Source: Polymyxa betae A26-41 (lineage: Eukaryota; Protista; Endomyxa: Phytomyxea). From it: 64,000 bases of DNA. Every line of letters starts with the position of its first letter. Position 1 is the stretch's first letter. The translations under genes were made by a program, and so were the position numbers. Below the pieces are notes generated by a model that did no database searches, was not told where the DNA came from, and saw only the letters and a list, made by a program, of their open reading frames with translations. The stretch spans positions 186,001 to 250,000 of the forward strand of contig RBZT01000578.1 in NCBI GenBank assembly GCA_003693705.1, written 5' to 3'. Below, in pieces: positions 50,398-64,000 of this stretch.

Positions 50398-51796
50398 CTG
50401 TTCTGACTCAGATTGCAGTTCATGGATGTCAGCTGCCGACATTTCTTCTCTTTGGCCCCGCAGAATCTCACGAATCGGGATCAATGCTATGAGGCGACTC
50501 AGTCATGTTGTGTTCGGTTGCTATCGTCGTATCATGTACCTGCAAAACGACACCACTCTTTGAGATCGCTGCCAGAATATGCAGGCGTCAGTTCTGCTAA
50601 TGTCTCAATTTGAACTATTTCTTCTAACTGCTCGTCCGTTAACAGGACGCGAAGGATGGCTTCGCGTTCGCGCTGGTCCGGCATCGGAAACTCGAATGTT
50701 CGAGGCATTCTTCTCAGAATAGCCTGCACTTGCTCTTTACAGATGAATCCGTTTGACATTACCAAATACCCACCTCATCAAGATCGAATGGACGATTTGT
50801 AGCGCAGAGGACAAGAACATGCTTCGAAAAAGCAGAATCTGAAAGGAGACCATCCCATAAAGACATAAATTCTGCCTTCAAAGCGTTCGTTTCAGAATGC
50901 TCGTTAAAAGCCGAGCGCTGGCCAAGGAAGCACTCGGCTTCGTCAATAAAAATAATAGAAGGGGCTAACTTTTCAGCAAGCGAGAAAACTGCCCGAACCT
51001 AAAGATTACATATTGAATGGCTTTTGAGATGCTAAGAAAGCGATCTCTTACAAGTTTCTGGCTCTCCCCGTACCATTTGTTTTTGACAGTCGACCAGCGC
51101 AAGTTGATAAAAGTAGCACCAGAATCTCTAGCAATTGCTTTCGCAGTCATCGTCTTTCCTGCAAAATAGGTTTGAGCTGTGGAAATTGAACACAAACTTA
51201 AAAGCGAACCTGTCCCAGGTGGGCCATAAAACAGAATGCCACGAGGCGGGGCAACCAGAGAGCGCCGTTGATAAGTGCCATCAGGTGCCATCCTGGCAAA
51301 CAGCTCTGGTCGCGAGAGCCTTTGACAGCGTTCAGGTACCAGATAATGGTGACAAATAGCATTCACGTACGGTATCAAAATGGTTTCAATCAGCTGCGAT
51401 TTGATTAGATCAAGGCCACCGATGCTTTTGAAATCAACATTGATATCGCAAGGCATTGTGACCTCGCCAATAAGAACTTTCTCGTAAGCATCAAGATCTA
51501 GCTCGCTGTGTTTCTTCCCCAGACGAGATACCATAGCTTTAGCAGCATCTTCTGTCTACGACATTTTCTGAGCTGTGTAGAGGAATGTGAAAATAAAAAG
51601 ATACTTTTTTGGAGTTCTTCGAAGGGTCGATAGACGAAATTGTCTTCTTAGTTATAAAGTACATCAAAGCACAAGCGAAGGCCGTCGTCATCAGATCAAA
51701 AACGAAAGTTTTGAAATCCTTTGAATGCACATGTCGGACGTAGCGATCAGAGGCATCGTCGCCAGATGTTGCATCTGCTGCCCGGATGCCCCCCAT
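50287..51796 (-). CDS. ATAD1: mitochondrial/peroxisomal AAA ATPase Msp1/ATAD1
   Basis: N-terminal TM segment, then IGGLD, GILFYGPPGTGKTMTAKAIA, KWYGESQKLV, IIFIDEAE, LKAEFMSLWDGL, TNRPFDLDEAILRRMP and YSGSDLKE. Confidence 0.93.
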
Positions 51797-52289
51797 CCTC
51801 GACGATCAAATTACTCCCTCTGCTGTACAAACTTCAATAAGACAGATCTAAAAGAACAGTTTCATACGCAGTCCGCCTAAAGCACTACTAAACCCTACAT
51901 TATTGGTTCAAGTGAACCTCAATATCATAAGTGCTGACGTCTTAAAAAATCCACCACAAGCAAAATTTATACCAATGCTGATCAAACTGCAAATACGAAG
52001 TTAAGCCCATACAAAGTAGCTGTATGGGCAGCACAACGAAAGGACAAACCAGTAAGCACGTATCAATGGTTAGCTATTGCATCTAGAAATCAGCTTCTGT
52101 ACGTGTTGCTAGCTGTTCTGGCAAAAGCTATACAGGGTTAATAGCGCTTGATCCATGTGTATAACTGAGTTAGCTGTAAAACAGCTGGCGATTTATCGTT
52201 CAAATTAAACAGTCATGAATTGATCAAAGATAGACCCTTTCCGAGAGCTCAAATCGACGAACAAACTTGCAATACAAAAATGTATATAT

Positions 52290-53280
52290 TTAATACATAT
52301 AGGAGATTCCGAATCCGAGAAGAACAATTAATAGAGCAATGATAAAACGATCAGCGATGTCAGTCCACGCTCTGGTGGTTCCTAGAATCTGGTCGCCCTG
52401 GCTTGAATTGCTCTCGGACGAGCTTTCATTTAAAGCGGAAGCAGCTAAACGCTCTTCATACACCTTATAATTCTTAGAAAACTTTAGGACGGAAGCAACG
52501 AAATTACCGTTTTGTAACTGGGAAACAGCTTCACAAAAAGCGGGTTCTTTAGGTTAAATTCAAGCGATGCTGCAGCTAATTGCCTTTTTGTAGCCTATAA
52601 TCGATAAGAGTTGATGGTTTGCGAGGCTGACAACGATTACATCGGATGTGACGATGCTACCAAATGTTGGAGCTGTATCGGTCATAAATGAGAGTAGACC
52701 TGATAAAATGGACGAAACACTCCATAAGCAGCTCCATTCTGATTCAAATTGATAACACAGCTGTATAACTTCAAGCAAGAGTACCTTCTGGATGGAAATC
52801 ACTCATAGATAGACAAAGACGTTGATTCACTTGAAATCTGCCATTAGGCGTGATCATACAGATGCTAAAATAAATTGAATGAGCAGATGATCTGGGTCTC
52901 CACAAAAGCACACACCTTGGAGGCTTATATGGATCTATATCACTATTTAGTGCATGATACACGCCGAATGTGACCCAACAGACATTCGGGGGGAAACTTG
53001 ATTTTGCCATGAAAGACGCCGTTCTCATAAGGCGTATCTGCAGGACCATTGATGCAGTAATGCCATTCTAGTATATTCGACTCCAAAGGAACAGCCTCCA
53101 GATTTGGCACCGGCTCCTAGAAAAAGTTTTACTGATGAACGCAAGAACATTGTAAGAGTGTATGACCGCTTGAAATTTCTTGTACTCTTTACGTAAACGC
53201 CTCTACAAGCAGCATCAGCCTAATTATAGCTAGGCGGTCGGTTATGGACTCACCAAACATGCGTCCGATGGCGGCGCCAT
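52290..53280 (-). CDS. UBC6: tail-anchored ER ubiquitin-conjugating enzyme (UBC6/UBE2J2-like)
   Basis: Motifs [42 protein letters not shown] and [14 protein letters not shown], with a C-terminal TM segment [18 protein letters not shown]. Confidence 0.92.
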
Positions 53281-53592
53281 GGTGAGATTACGATGAACTC
53301 CACTAAGAGCTAATGGAAAGCAACCAGTTGCGATCTGGATCAGTCAAAGTGAATGAGGCCGACAGAGAGAGATCGTCCGCAAAGTGCCACCGAAAAATAC
53401 GTGGTGGACCAGAAAAAGCGATAAAATTCTCTTGGGCACAATTTTAAACCAGAAATTTTCAAGGAGTCTCTTGATTTGGTTTTATTGATCACAAAAATGT
53501 TTTGATCCAATAATTTAATGGCCAAGGTCACATATACTGAAATGTATCCGACAAAATGTGCACCAATCGAAACTCATACTGACAATTAAGGA

Positions 53593-55258
53593 TTACATAA
53601 TCCAATTGTCATTTTCAACAAAACTGCTGCGACCATAATTGCCAATAATTGGTAACGGTTTGGGCAAATTGCCTATGTTGGCTACAATGTCCCTGGTCAT
53701 TAGATATGACTCTGTTAGACAGACGCTAATATCCTGAGGTAATTCTAGGATTAATTCCAGTGGCATTGGACGAAGCGATTGCAGCGCCATCTCCTTTCCT
53801 GAAGTGGAAGAGGCAAAACTGCCAAAATTGCCACTAGGTGGTTTCTTGTAAGACGAGGCGCCGGAACCAGACTTTGTACGTCTTTCGTCAACAACCAGTT
53901 CGATTTGCTCAAACTCTGGATCGTCACTTGACACATGCGACACAGCATCAAAAGCAACCGATCGGGTTTTAGAATTGCAAATTGGTGATTGAATGGGTTT
54001 GTCCTCGTTGCATTCAATAATTGTCTTCAAGTTGCGACCAGAATTATCTCCTGCCGCTTTGCCTTCGGTGACGGCGGCAGGTAGATATTCGTCGTCATCT
54101 TGGCTTGCGAGAGGAATCGAATCGTGCAGTGCAACGCTCGAAGCGTCGATAGATAGGGAACGCCTGAGATTACGTGATTTTGGATCGGATACTAAATCTG
54201 GATCTCGATGAGTAAAGTCAATCGTTTGAGATCGCGAAGAGCCAAATTCACTGCTTGTCTCGTCGCGGGATCCAGGGCTCTCGCTTGGATAAACCCGATA
54301 AATATGCGATTGCGATCGTCTTAGTTCAACAGGAACATTGTTTGGCCTTCTATCTATCGTCGGGATGTTCCCAAAGTCCTGAGAGCCGAATCCCGGACTC
54401 GCATGCGACGCGTTTCTATGCATTGGACTTTTCTGTGGACTAAAGGAAACTTGCCGATTATGCTCTAAGGATAAGTTAGATTCACCATGTTGAAAAAAAA
54501 ACAGGCTTGCCTTTGAGATCCCGATAGAATGAATCCCTATTTAAGGACAGGTCTCTAGAAAGTTGCAAAAAAGAGCATTTGAGTGCCAGTTTTTTGTTAT
54601 CAATCAGCGCTAGAATGCCCTTTTTGGCTCTAAACATTTATCAGTAAGAAAAGTGACTTTACAAGCGACCTACTGGAGCTTCGCTTTCAGTGGTATATCA
54701 GCTAGCGATTGCTGGTATAAAACAGGGATATCCCCAGAATTTGGAACAGCTCCATTGTCTTTAAGAACTACTGGGTTCTTCTTCCAAATTATCTCTACAT
54801 TTTCGATGTTTTTCAGATTGGCAAATGCTCCCGTCTCAATTATACAAGGGCGATTGATACTGACAATGGTGAATGACTTTCTTGCAAATACAAATCTACT
54901 TACACAAGTTGCTTCAAATTGTCAAGGCCATAGAAAAAATCTTTGTAAAGTGTTCGTTTCTTATTGTCAGATGCTTGGAAAATTCCCATTTTTTTCTCCT
55001 TGTATGATACTTCTGGGTGAAGAACTAACGTCTGATAGTCATTGCAGCCTGAAAACCATTCAAAAGGCTTGTCCTGAAACCATGCACATTCCCTAATGTT
55101 GCGACGTCATTCATGGCTTCTAACAAATGTGCTTCATCTTACATCTCATTATCCCTGCAAAGGCACCAACCGGTTTTGCAAGCGAGGCATTGGTCATCCT
55201 GAGCAGAGGCCAAAGAGGCAAAAACGAAACAGAGTGAAATAGCAAGAAGGAGCCTCAT
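53593..55258 (-). CDS. secreted protein with a short LRR-like segment and a long Ser-rich disordered tail (5 introns, one GC-AG)
   Basis: Signal peptide MRLLLAISLCFVFASLASA splices in frame through FFYGLDNLKQLVINRPCIIETGAFANLKNIENVEI into ORF 53593-54423. Confidence 0.65.
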
Positions 55259-55534
55259 GCTTTCTTGCGAAACTGAGAATAAAGTGAGCCTTACGCGACC
55301 CCACTCATGAAGCTTTCGCCCCGTAGGCATAAGTCATGACTTACTGGCAGCGGTAAGTCGGTAACCCTTAGGGCTTAGCGGCTTAAGCTGTTAAGCAGCA
55401 TAACTTTCGGAAACTTTTTGTGGAAAAAAAAACACGGAGAAAAAATCTTGTTGCGTGACTGTTCGGAAAGTTAGTAGTCCTCTCTATCCTGACGCGTTGG
55501 TCTGTGGTAATTTGGTCATTGCTAAATCTGCAAT

Positions 55535-57018
55535 ATGGTAGAAAGCAATGGTCAGACATTGCCTCTTTGTCAAGATGGTGGTCAAGTTTCAGTGACAGCT
55601 GAGGAATCTGTAATTGTTGAACTCAAACCACTGTCTAAAAAGGAACGAAAAATGCAGAAACGCGAAGAATGGAAACAAGAACGAAAACAAGCACAGAAGC
55701 AGAAAAAAACAGTTCAATCTTTCAGTTGGTCTGGGTCTGAAAATGCTATCGTTTTGGAACTCTGTGGAGTCGCTCGAGTTGCTCCTTATCCGGCAGAATT
55801 CACATCAAATTGTAAACATCGCTGGATTGGCCGCCGTGTTATTGAAGTTCTTGCTGATGAATTCAACGCTTATTCTCTGCAATACTTTGAACAGGGCGTC
55901 GAGCTCGGCAAGTTACTTATCAACGGCGAGCGCTTCTCAGCCGATTACTGTTTCAAGTCCCATGATTCTCTCGTTCATCATGCGCATCGTCATGAGCCAC
56001 CAGTTCGTGTCTTGAATCCTGAGCATATCGTTCACAGATGTGAAGACAGGCTGGTCATCAATAAGCCATCTTCAATTCCAGTACATCCCTGTGGCCGTTA
56101 CCAGTATAACTCTATTGTCCATATCTTAGCAAGGAAATACGGTGTTGATTTTGCTCATCCCGTACACCGTCTCGACAGGTCGCTTTTTACTAAACAAATG
56201 ACCCCTGAATTAACTGTGAACCAGGTTAACTTCGGGTGTTTTAGTCCTGGCATTAAACCCTGAAACAGCAAGGGTTATCACGAATTCGATCGAATCAAGG
56301 GAAATGGCTAAATTCTATCTGGCCAGGGTAAGCTGTCTAAAACCGTTGACATTTTTTTAACCATCAGTAGGTCTTGGGAGAGTTCCCCAAGTCTAGTGCC
56401 ACTAATGAATCCTTTTCTGTCGACGTTCCCTCTTCGATCGCAGAAATAGGGGAAGAGTTTGAGATATCGCAATGGATCGTATCTAATGAGCCTATCGCTT
56501 GCCTTTCCAAGAAATTCTCGATTTTTGGTGTATCATCAGAGAACGGGAAACCATGCAGTACAGCATTTCGACGAGTTAACTATAATGGCCGAACAAGCGT
56601 TGTGTTGTGTTATCCTATCACCGGTAGGACTCATCAGATTCGGGTCCATCTCCAACATCTCCAATTTCCCATCGCTAACGATCCTTGCTATGGTGGCAAG
56701 CTTTTCATTGGAAATACCTCACTAGAAAGCAGTAGCGCTGATGAAGAGCAAAAACGGTTAATTGAAGATTTCAATAACTATGTAGACAAGACGAAAATGC
56801 CATTATGTCCTGAGTGCAATCAATCCAATCAGCACTATGTCCCAGCAAATCCGGAAACACAAGGTGGGCTTTTCTGCTCTGAAATCTGGCTGCATGCTCT
56901 GTCATACTCCTGCGACCAATGGTCCTTTTCAGTTCCGGTCCCTATCTGGGCCTATCCTGCCTTCGATGACCACAGCTACCTTCAAGACGTCGCATATTCA
57001 ACGCTTAGCGCCCTGTAA
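55535..57018 (+). CDS. RluA-family pseudouridine synthase (PUS8/PUS9/RPUSD2-like)
   Basis: Motifs KHRWIGR, HRHEPPV, VINKPSSIPVHPCGRY, catalytic HRLDR|LTSG and PITGRTHQIRVHLQHLQFPIANDP. Confidence 0.93.
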
Positions 57019-57317
57019 TCATAGTCCCTATAAACGAGTGTGAGTTCGTCATGCATAAGCGATTGATTTGGAGAGTTTCTTTTTGAAAACCGAATCGCTC
57101 TGTCTGTCTGTAACACAAAAGGAGCGCAACCCGTACCTAGGAGTTCTGAGGGCAGCCTGCTCGTCACAGGAAAGCCTCGAGCCTGTTAGATGCGCAGTGC
57201 TAGTTATTGTCGTTAGTTGTATCTGCTTCAAAGTCCGCTCTCTGTCTCTTCGACAACATTCCCCATCCATCAATCAGCATTGCCAGGATCGGATCTCAAT
57301 AGGCGGCGAAGCGAACC

Positions 57318-57830
<513 letters not shown>

Positions 57831-57926
57831 ATTTAAACACATGATCCGAAATGTCCCTGTCAAAACAATAAATGTCATTGCTAAAATCATATTTTGCCTG
57901 AGCGGGATTCGAACTCGACAATCCGT

Positions 57927-59148
57927 TCAGACAGCTCGAAACTTTATTGAAGGCAGTATTATATTAGCTGATCGATTTCCTCTAGTTTTGGTTCCAGTTT
58001 GGCCTCTGCTCGGAACCCTGATTTCCGGAAAGCAATTCTTTTCGATTCGTATTAATGAGGATCTGGATTTAGGCCTATCAGTTCTTGAGCGATTACGCTG
58101 GAATTGAGTTCGATATAATTGATTATAAGATTTCACTTGTAGCATGGACTGCAGTGATATAGATGCTAGCGAACAAGTCGAAGGTCTTGGAAACCGTTCG
58201 TTCTCTTTTCTAGGCGCTTGGTGAATTACAACACACTCTTCAGTGACGAATGACATGGATGATTTACGCCGCTGATTGATATTGATGGGGCATTGTCGGA
58301 TCATCATAGCAGACGAAAACCCATCATCAGCTTGGGAAGTGGGATATCTGGTTTGCAGCAACTCGATCAAACGGCGATAGCAACAGTCCAGCAATCTATC
58401 AAGGCAGTTGTAGAATATTAGGCGTTCAGGAGTCACAGGAATTGAACGGTTCTCATAGCTAGTCGTGCCTGGGTTTACATTTTACAAACTGGCCGCCTTC
58501 TCACAAGCGCTGCGCTACCTATGTCTTCGATCGGCAAGCGTTTTCCATGCCCCGAGCTGTAAACTATCAATTCAAAACGAGCGGAAAGCGAAAACCTCGA
58601 TTACCCTTGGTGAATTGCAAATACTTCTTCGACCTCACCATCTGCCGCTAAGATTTCCTCAATTGCTCCTCCTTGATGGCTGAAACAATTCGGTGCTCAA
58701 ACGTGACATAAACCATCTGCTTACATTGGCATTCTTATACCAGAAATTGCTAGAGCGCTAAATACAGGCTCGGCTCGCTTCATTCTCTTGGAACTGATAA
58801 TCCTGATTGGCTCATCATTTGAATGACCAATCTGAGTTCCTTTGATTCGTATGAAACAGAAGCTATTCTTCCATTCATCTAGATCCTCAGTTGTAAGTAT
58901 GTCGCTGTTTGATGATCGACCGGAAACCGCGTTTCGAAACGAGTTATCATGAACGTTGTCATATAGATAATCGTCTATTTGGTCCAGCAAAACTTGGATT
59001 GCGGATGACTGGTTCGTTATTGTCACTGACGCTTCCTATCATCCCCGTTCAATTCATCCGGCAGCGATGAGGGCTTCCAATAGAAATTTACATTGCATTG
59101 GATATCTATGGGCAATTCCGAGTCGAGTGTTGATGGGCAGGACCTCAT
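57927..59148 (-). CDS. FAM149/DUF3719-like protein
   Basis: LLDQIDDYLYD...EWKNSFCFIRIKGTQI and EEILAADGEVEEVFA resemble remembered FAM149 conserved blocks. Confidence 0.5.
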
Positions 59149-59696
59149 CTGGTTCTGTAATCAGACTGCATTGGATTAGAGCCTGGCAAAATTTCAGAGT
59201 CAACTTTAGGAACTCGATCCATCGAAGTACGCGGTTATACTCACACCGATTGCTCCAAGACAGACATACAGATACAGCATACAGAAATTTCCTTTTGAAA
59301 TCATGATAGTTCTATCAGCGAATACAATCAGCATTAGCCAAGCAAGAATCTGCCGAAACAACTTCAATCCAAAACGAAGAAAGTTGAAGTCTTGTTTCGA
59401 CATCGACTATAATAATTTGAATGGGTCAGAACCGATAAAAGCAATTGATTGGTTTTGAATTCTATCACATAAATCAAGATAAGGTTTTTCTAGACCATCT
59501 ACTTACTAAAGTCAGAAATGTACCTAGAGAAGCTGTCCAACATTGGTAGCAATAAACTAGAGATGTGTTAGCTCATTGCTTTGGGAGTGCGGCCCTCTCT
59601 CTATGCCTCCCGGACTTCCTGACTTCGTGATTTCAACATCCATTCTCATTGAATCGTCAGTGACCAGATCTTATAACCGGTTCGAATTCGGTCTCG

Positions 59697-60197
59697 ATGT
59701 CGGCCGTCACTCCTCGGGGCGTAAGGATCTTTAACATTCCCTTCTGTGGCACAGGATGACGTATCTCGTTAGGTACGATTGGCGCCAGATGTCCATCGAT
59801 GCCTCTACATCAGAAATCTACCATTTAATCTGACGGCTGAGGAGTTATATGATTTGTTTGGGAAGTATGGTGCTATTCGACAGATCAGAAGGTACGAATT
59901 TAATTTTTTTGTCCGCGTTTGCTCAGTTTTGGCAACACAGAGGGTGTGATGCGACGACTCGTGGAACGGCTTTCGTTGTTTATGAAGATATCTATGATGC
60001 GAAAAATGCCTGCCAGCATCTGTCTGGATTTAACGTCAAGGGCAGGTATGGAGTTATGTTCAATTTTAGGTCTTGAGCGATGATTAATTCGATCATGCAG
60101 GTATATCATTGTTCTCTACTACAGTGCCGAACGGCACAAAAATGCAACAGCTAAAAAGCAGTTGGCGAAAGAGGAACAGTCCTCAGATTCTCAGTAA
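59697..60197 (+). CDS. SF3B6: U2 snRNP branch-site protein p14 (SF3B14)
   Basis: [17 protein letters not shown]...[15 protein letters not shown]...[27 protein letters not shown]. Confidence 0.95.
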
Positions 60198-60521
60198 TTA
60201 TCATCACCCAGCTATCTCCTAATATATTTTATACAGTCCGATCATGTTTCATTCTGTCTTTGCAATATTTTAGGACTTCGTTTAATTTTGCGGATGCATA
60301 TCTATGAGTTTTAATTTGAATTGGGCAAATTGGTATTTGTTTGCTGACGTCTGGTTCTAACTGGAGAGCGGCTTGTTCATTCATTGACCTGAGTTGACCT
60401 TCTGTGTGACTCAACCGCATAGAACAGCAATCTTCATCAATGTGTTTGATGATCCATTTCGGATTTCCAAACCTTTTTGAAACATCTCTGAGCTTCTCCC
60501 AAAGACTTCGTTTCCTCAAAA

Positions 60522-61130
60522 ATGACGAAACTGTTCATGACCACAGTGTTGGTTATCACTTTAAGAGCGGTTTTTCCCCAGACTGAACTCCAATCTACAG
60601 CTGATCTTCAAACATACTGCAATTCTCGTACTCTTTCGTCGTCCTGTTCCAACAATATCTCGTTTCCGTTTTGCCAATGGGATTCCAGCTCTAACAGCTG
60701 CAGTTTCCTGTCAAGCTCATGCCCATCGGATCTGAGCGCTTCCGTCACCGCCGTTGCTTCGTGCGGTGCGACATCTTCGTATTCCTGTCCAACAGCATGT
60801 GTTCTTAGTGATGTTCAATTGAAGGCGGTCATATTGTCACGTGCTGGAATAACATCGTTCAGTAACTCGACTGAAACTTTGTCTTTAGCGACTTCCAGCC
60901 CGCAGGCAACACAGGCTTTTGCCGACTTGCTGTACTGCACTTTGAGCCTGCCATCCGACAAACTGTCTTCGTATGAGGCAGTCAACTGCTCAACCGTCAT
61001 CACCGATGACATGATCAACAAAGCTCTGGCAGCATTGAAGACGACGAAATCCTCTTCTTCTCCAAAAGATGCATTCATTTATAGCGCTTTGGCAGTGCTT
61101 GCAGTACTGTTTGTTGCTACATTAGGCTAA
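60522..61130 (+). CDS. intronless Cys/Ser/Thr-rich secreted protein, putatively GPI-anchored
   Basis: N-terminal hydrophobic leader, 10 Cys, and a C-terminal SSSS spacer plus hydrophobic tail ending at the stop. Confidence 0.75.
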   Translation: MTKLFMTTVLVITLRAVFPQTELQSTADLQTYCNSRTLSSSCSNNISFPFCQWDSSSNSCSFLSSSCPSDLSASVTAVASCGATSSYSCPTACVLSDVQLKAVILSRAGITSFSNSTETLSLATSSPQATQAFADLLYCTLSLPSDKLSSYEAVNCSTVITDDMINKALAALKTTKSSSSPKDAFIYSALAVLAVLFVATLG

Positions 61131-61244
61131 GACTGATTTTGTAAATAAATTTTTTGTAAATTTGCTGAACAAAACGAAAATATGAATAGTTTTATGGGCG
61201 ACGAATAAGGATCGATAAATGTCAGAAGCGACATATCGACAGAT

Positions 61245-62187
61245 TTAGAAATAACGTGGACGTCGCTTACGGTACATGAATGCTTGCGTCAGAATAATAA
61301 CGTCCCAGAATACAAGGGCAACTGAGGCCAATATTGTTGGGAAGGTCTTCGTCCAGAATGTGCTGGCATCGCAAAGCAAGATGACTTGCAGACCCAGAGT
61401 AACATTACCAAGGATCATTAGAAATATCATACCGAGGCTAAGTTTCACCTCCTTATTCTGATAGTTCTGATAAATCTGAGGGGCTCGGGAGCAGAAGAAA
61501 ATCACACCGGCAATCCAGGAGAGAGCCGAACCAATTCCCTTTACGGTAGCAGACAGCTCTGGCGTATAATCACATCGATCGGTCGGATCCAAAACAGCCT
61601 CTAACAACGTCCGCGACGAGGCTGACGACGATGGGGTTGTCGATAGCGACAGGTAAGTGATAGGAGCGATTACTGATAGAGCGACTGCCGAGTATCGAGC
61701 CACATTAGATTTGGAGGATCTACTACGTCCATTGCCATAATATAAAACCTGGCTGGCAACAATTACGTTACAGAGGACAACGTATAAGCCTAACAACGAG
61801 ATGGGCAGAGGACTGTTGGTAAGGAAGCCGCCAAGGGACAAGCACAGACCGCCTAAGGTCCTAGACGCAAACGTCTATCAATTTGGAAAAAATCTCAGAT
61901 CACGACCTACGAGAGTCCAACAAAGCCCAGCGAGACGCCGTCGCCGAATTTTTGCTTGAAGTTCGTGATGATCTGTGGCAATAGCGCGAAGAACCATAGC
62001 ACCAAGCTGACTGCCCCAAAATAGTATGCAAGTTTTTCAGTCGGTGTATAAGCACTACAGCAACAGGATCAACAATCCAACCGTCGACAGTCAACCAAGT
62101 TTTGCATCACCAGGAGCGAAAGACAGACCCGATCCATTGCGAATACTGATATCCGGACGGATGTGGCGGACACGTGCAATCGAGCAT
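61245..62187 (-). CDS. PQ-loop lysosomal/vacuolar amino-acid transporter (PQLC2/YPQ-like)
   Basis: Two PQ motifs, WFFALLPQIITNFK and FFCSRAPQIYQNY, with multiple TM segments. Confidence 0.88.
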
Positions 62188-62361
62188 AATTTGTTTGGAG
62201 ATTCAAAAATAGAATATGAAAATGAGAATCAGCTGTGAGACAGCGAAAGGGATCCCGGCTTCAGGTTCCGACGGATGCGACAGTGAGAAAGGGCCGCGGA
62301 CTTGATTAATCCGCAGCCGATTTCCAAATTGTACAACGTTACCTCATCACTCTCCTTGATC

Positions 62362-63913
62362 ATGCCTATCGACGTCAACGATATTCGCGACTATAGGCCA
62401 GATGGCGATTCCGCCAAGGTTCGCGAACTGCTTCGTCGTCGATTCCAGTCGCCGGATATTCTTGATGAGCTCGTCAAGATCGATGAGGCCTGGCGTGTGG
62501 CCGCCTTCGAGGTTGATAACCTGAACAAGGAGCGGAATGCGATCTCGAAGGAGGTTGGCATGCTGAAGAAGGCGAAGAAGGATGCGAGCGAACTGATGGA
62601 GAAAGCAAAGCTGCTGCCGGAACGCATCCAGGCTGCCGAGAAAAAGTTCGTCATACCGGTTTTATTATGAATTTGTTTTTATTTTCGTTAGGCGTGATGA
62701 CCTTGCTGCTGATCTTACACGCCGCATCAAGACAATTGGCAATTATGTCCACGATAGGTAATCGCTATACAGACTGGTCGCCAATTTGTGAAATGACCGT
62801 CGCGTTCAGTGTCCCTGTGAGCGATAACGAAGATGACAATGTCATTGTAAAAACATTCGGGACCTGCAAAGAGACGCAGCCATGGATGATGCATCATCAC
62901 GAACTCTTATATCAGATCGGCGGCTATGAGCCTGAAGCCGGCGCTGATGTTGCTGGACATCGCGCCTATTTCCTTACAGGACCGGCTGTCTTGCTTAACC
63001 AGGCTCTCATCAATTATGGTCTTGCGTTCCTCACCAAACGACAATGTCAGCTCTCTTTTCCGTGATGTGGTTTGATATTAATTGCGGGCTTAGATACCCC
63101 GATTCAGCCTCCTTTCTTCATGAACCAAGAGGTTATGGCTGAAACTGCTCAGCTCGAAGAATTTCACGAAGCCCTGTATAAAGTCATGGGCCACGATGAC
63201 GACACTGCTAACCTCAAATATCTGATCGCTACATCGGAGCAGCCGATTTCCGCTCTGAACAGAAACAAATGGATCAACCCGAAAGACCTGCCTCTGAAGT
63301 ATGCTGGAATTTCAACCTGTTTCCGTCGTGAGGTACATCATGATTGCTTTGTTCAGCTATGATGCTCAATGGAATCAATTAGGCGGGATCTCATGGTCGT
63401 GACGCTTGGGGTATCTTCCGAGTTCACCAATTCGAGAAAGTCGAGCAGTTCGTTGTCACAGAGCCCGAGAAATCCTGGGAGATGATGGAGGAGATGATCG
63501 GCGCTGCTCAGGAGTTCTATCAATCGCTTGGTCTATCTTACCGAGTTGTCAATATTGTCTCGGGTGTCTTAAACAACGCCGCTGCGAAGAAATACGACCT
63601 GGAAGCCTGGTTCCCGACTTTGGGCGTCTACCGCGAGCTTGTCTCGTGCTCGAACTGCACTGATTATCAAGCTCGGGCGATGGAAACTCGTCTGGGCACC
63701 AAAGATGTGAAGGCGACGCGCAAGGCCTATGTTCATATGTTGAACGCGACGTTGACCGCAACTGAACGTACGATCTGTTGCCTTTTGGAGAACTACCAAA
63801 CCGAAACTGGCGTTGTGGTCCCTGAAGTTCTGCGTCCTTTCATGGGCGGGATTGATTTCATGCCTTTTGTTCGGAAGTGGACCAGCAAGACCAGCCATCA
63901 AGCCCAGAAATAA
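62362..63913 (+). CDS. SARS1: cytosolic seryl-tRNA synthetase
   Basis: Motifs [17 protein letters not shown]|[47 protein letters not shown] and [12 protein letters not shown]. Confidence 0.97.
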
Positions 63914-64000
63914 ATACTCATACCATTGTCCTAAAGAATTGATTCAGCCCTAAGATAAGTCTTTCAGGCATTCTTTAATTACTTGCATCCATTATTAGAG

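Noticed and set aside
54653-55096. 147-aa hydrophobic + strand ORF
   Set aside because: It is antisense to the spliced minus-strand secreted LRR-like gene and lacks an ATG start.
55401-55474. Short inverted repeat TAACTTTC...GAAAGTTA around A-tracts (possible MITE)
   Set aside because: Only about 8 bp, with no clear target-site duplication and no second copy in the window.

Overview
A compact, intron-rich eukaryotic nuclear region with roughly 38 protein-coding genes in 64 kb. Introns are mostly about 40-60 nt (GT-AG, at least two GC-AG), intergenic gaps are often under 200 nt, and the genetic code is standard. Gene style and cilium-related genes (CEP104-like, FAM149-like, Tctex-1, kinesin-8) suggest a flagellated protist. 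A plasmodiophorid plant parasite (Phytomyxea, e.g. Spongospora) is plausible, but that is inference only. Most genes are housekeeping: CABIN1, DPAGT1, ELP6, NPRL2, a PDI, an MDC1-like BRCT protein, PIG-B, FIG4, PFDN1, MALSU1, a DUF2415 WD40 protein, a Rad21/Rec8 kleisin, N6AMT1, CC2D1/Lgd-like, DYNLT1, a TIS11 zinc finger, ATAD1, UBC6, an RluA pseudouridine synthase, calmodulin, SF3B6, a PQ-loop transporter and SerRS. Several are invisible in the ORF track and were recovered by manual splicing. I saw no rRNA, tRNA, CRISPR or intact mobile element, and no clear multi-gene novel system. The best leads are an F-box fused to a bacterial-type DUF3592-like membrane module, a spliced secreted LRR-like protein, a Cys-rich putative GPI-anchored protein, a REC8-like kleisin and a decaying 118-bp duplication of the ATAD1 3' end. 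Gene boundaries are hand-derived and family calls come from remembered motifs, not database searches.
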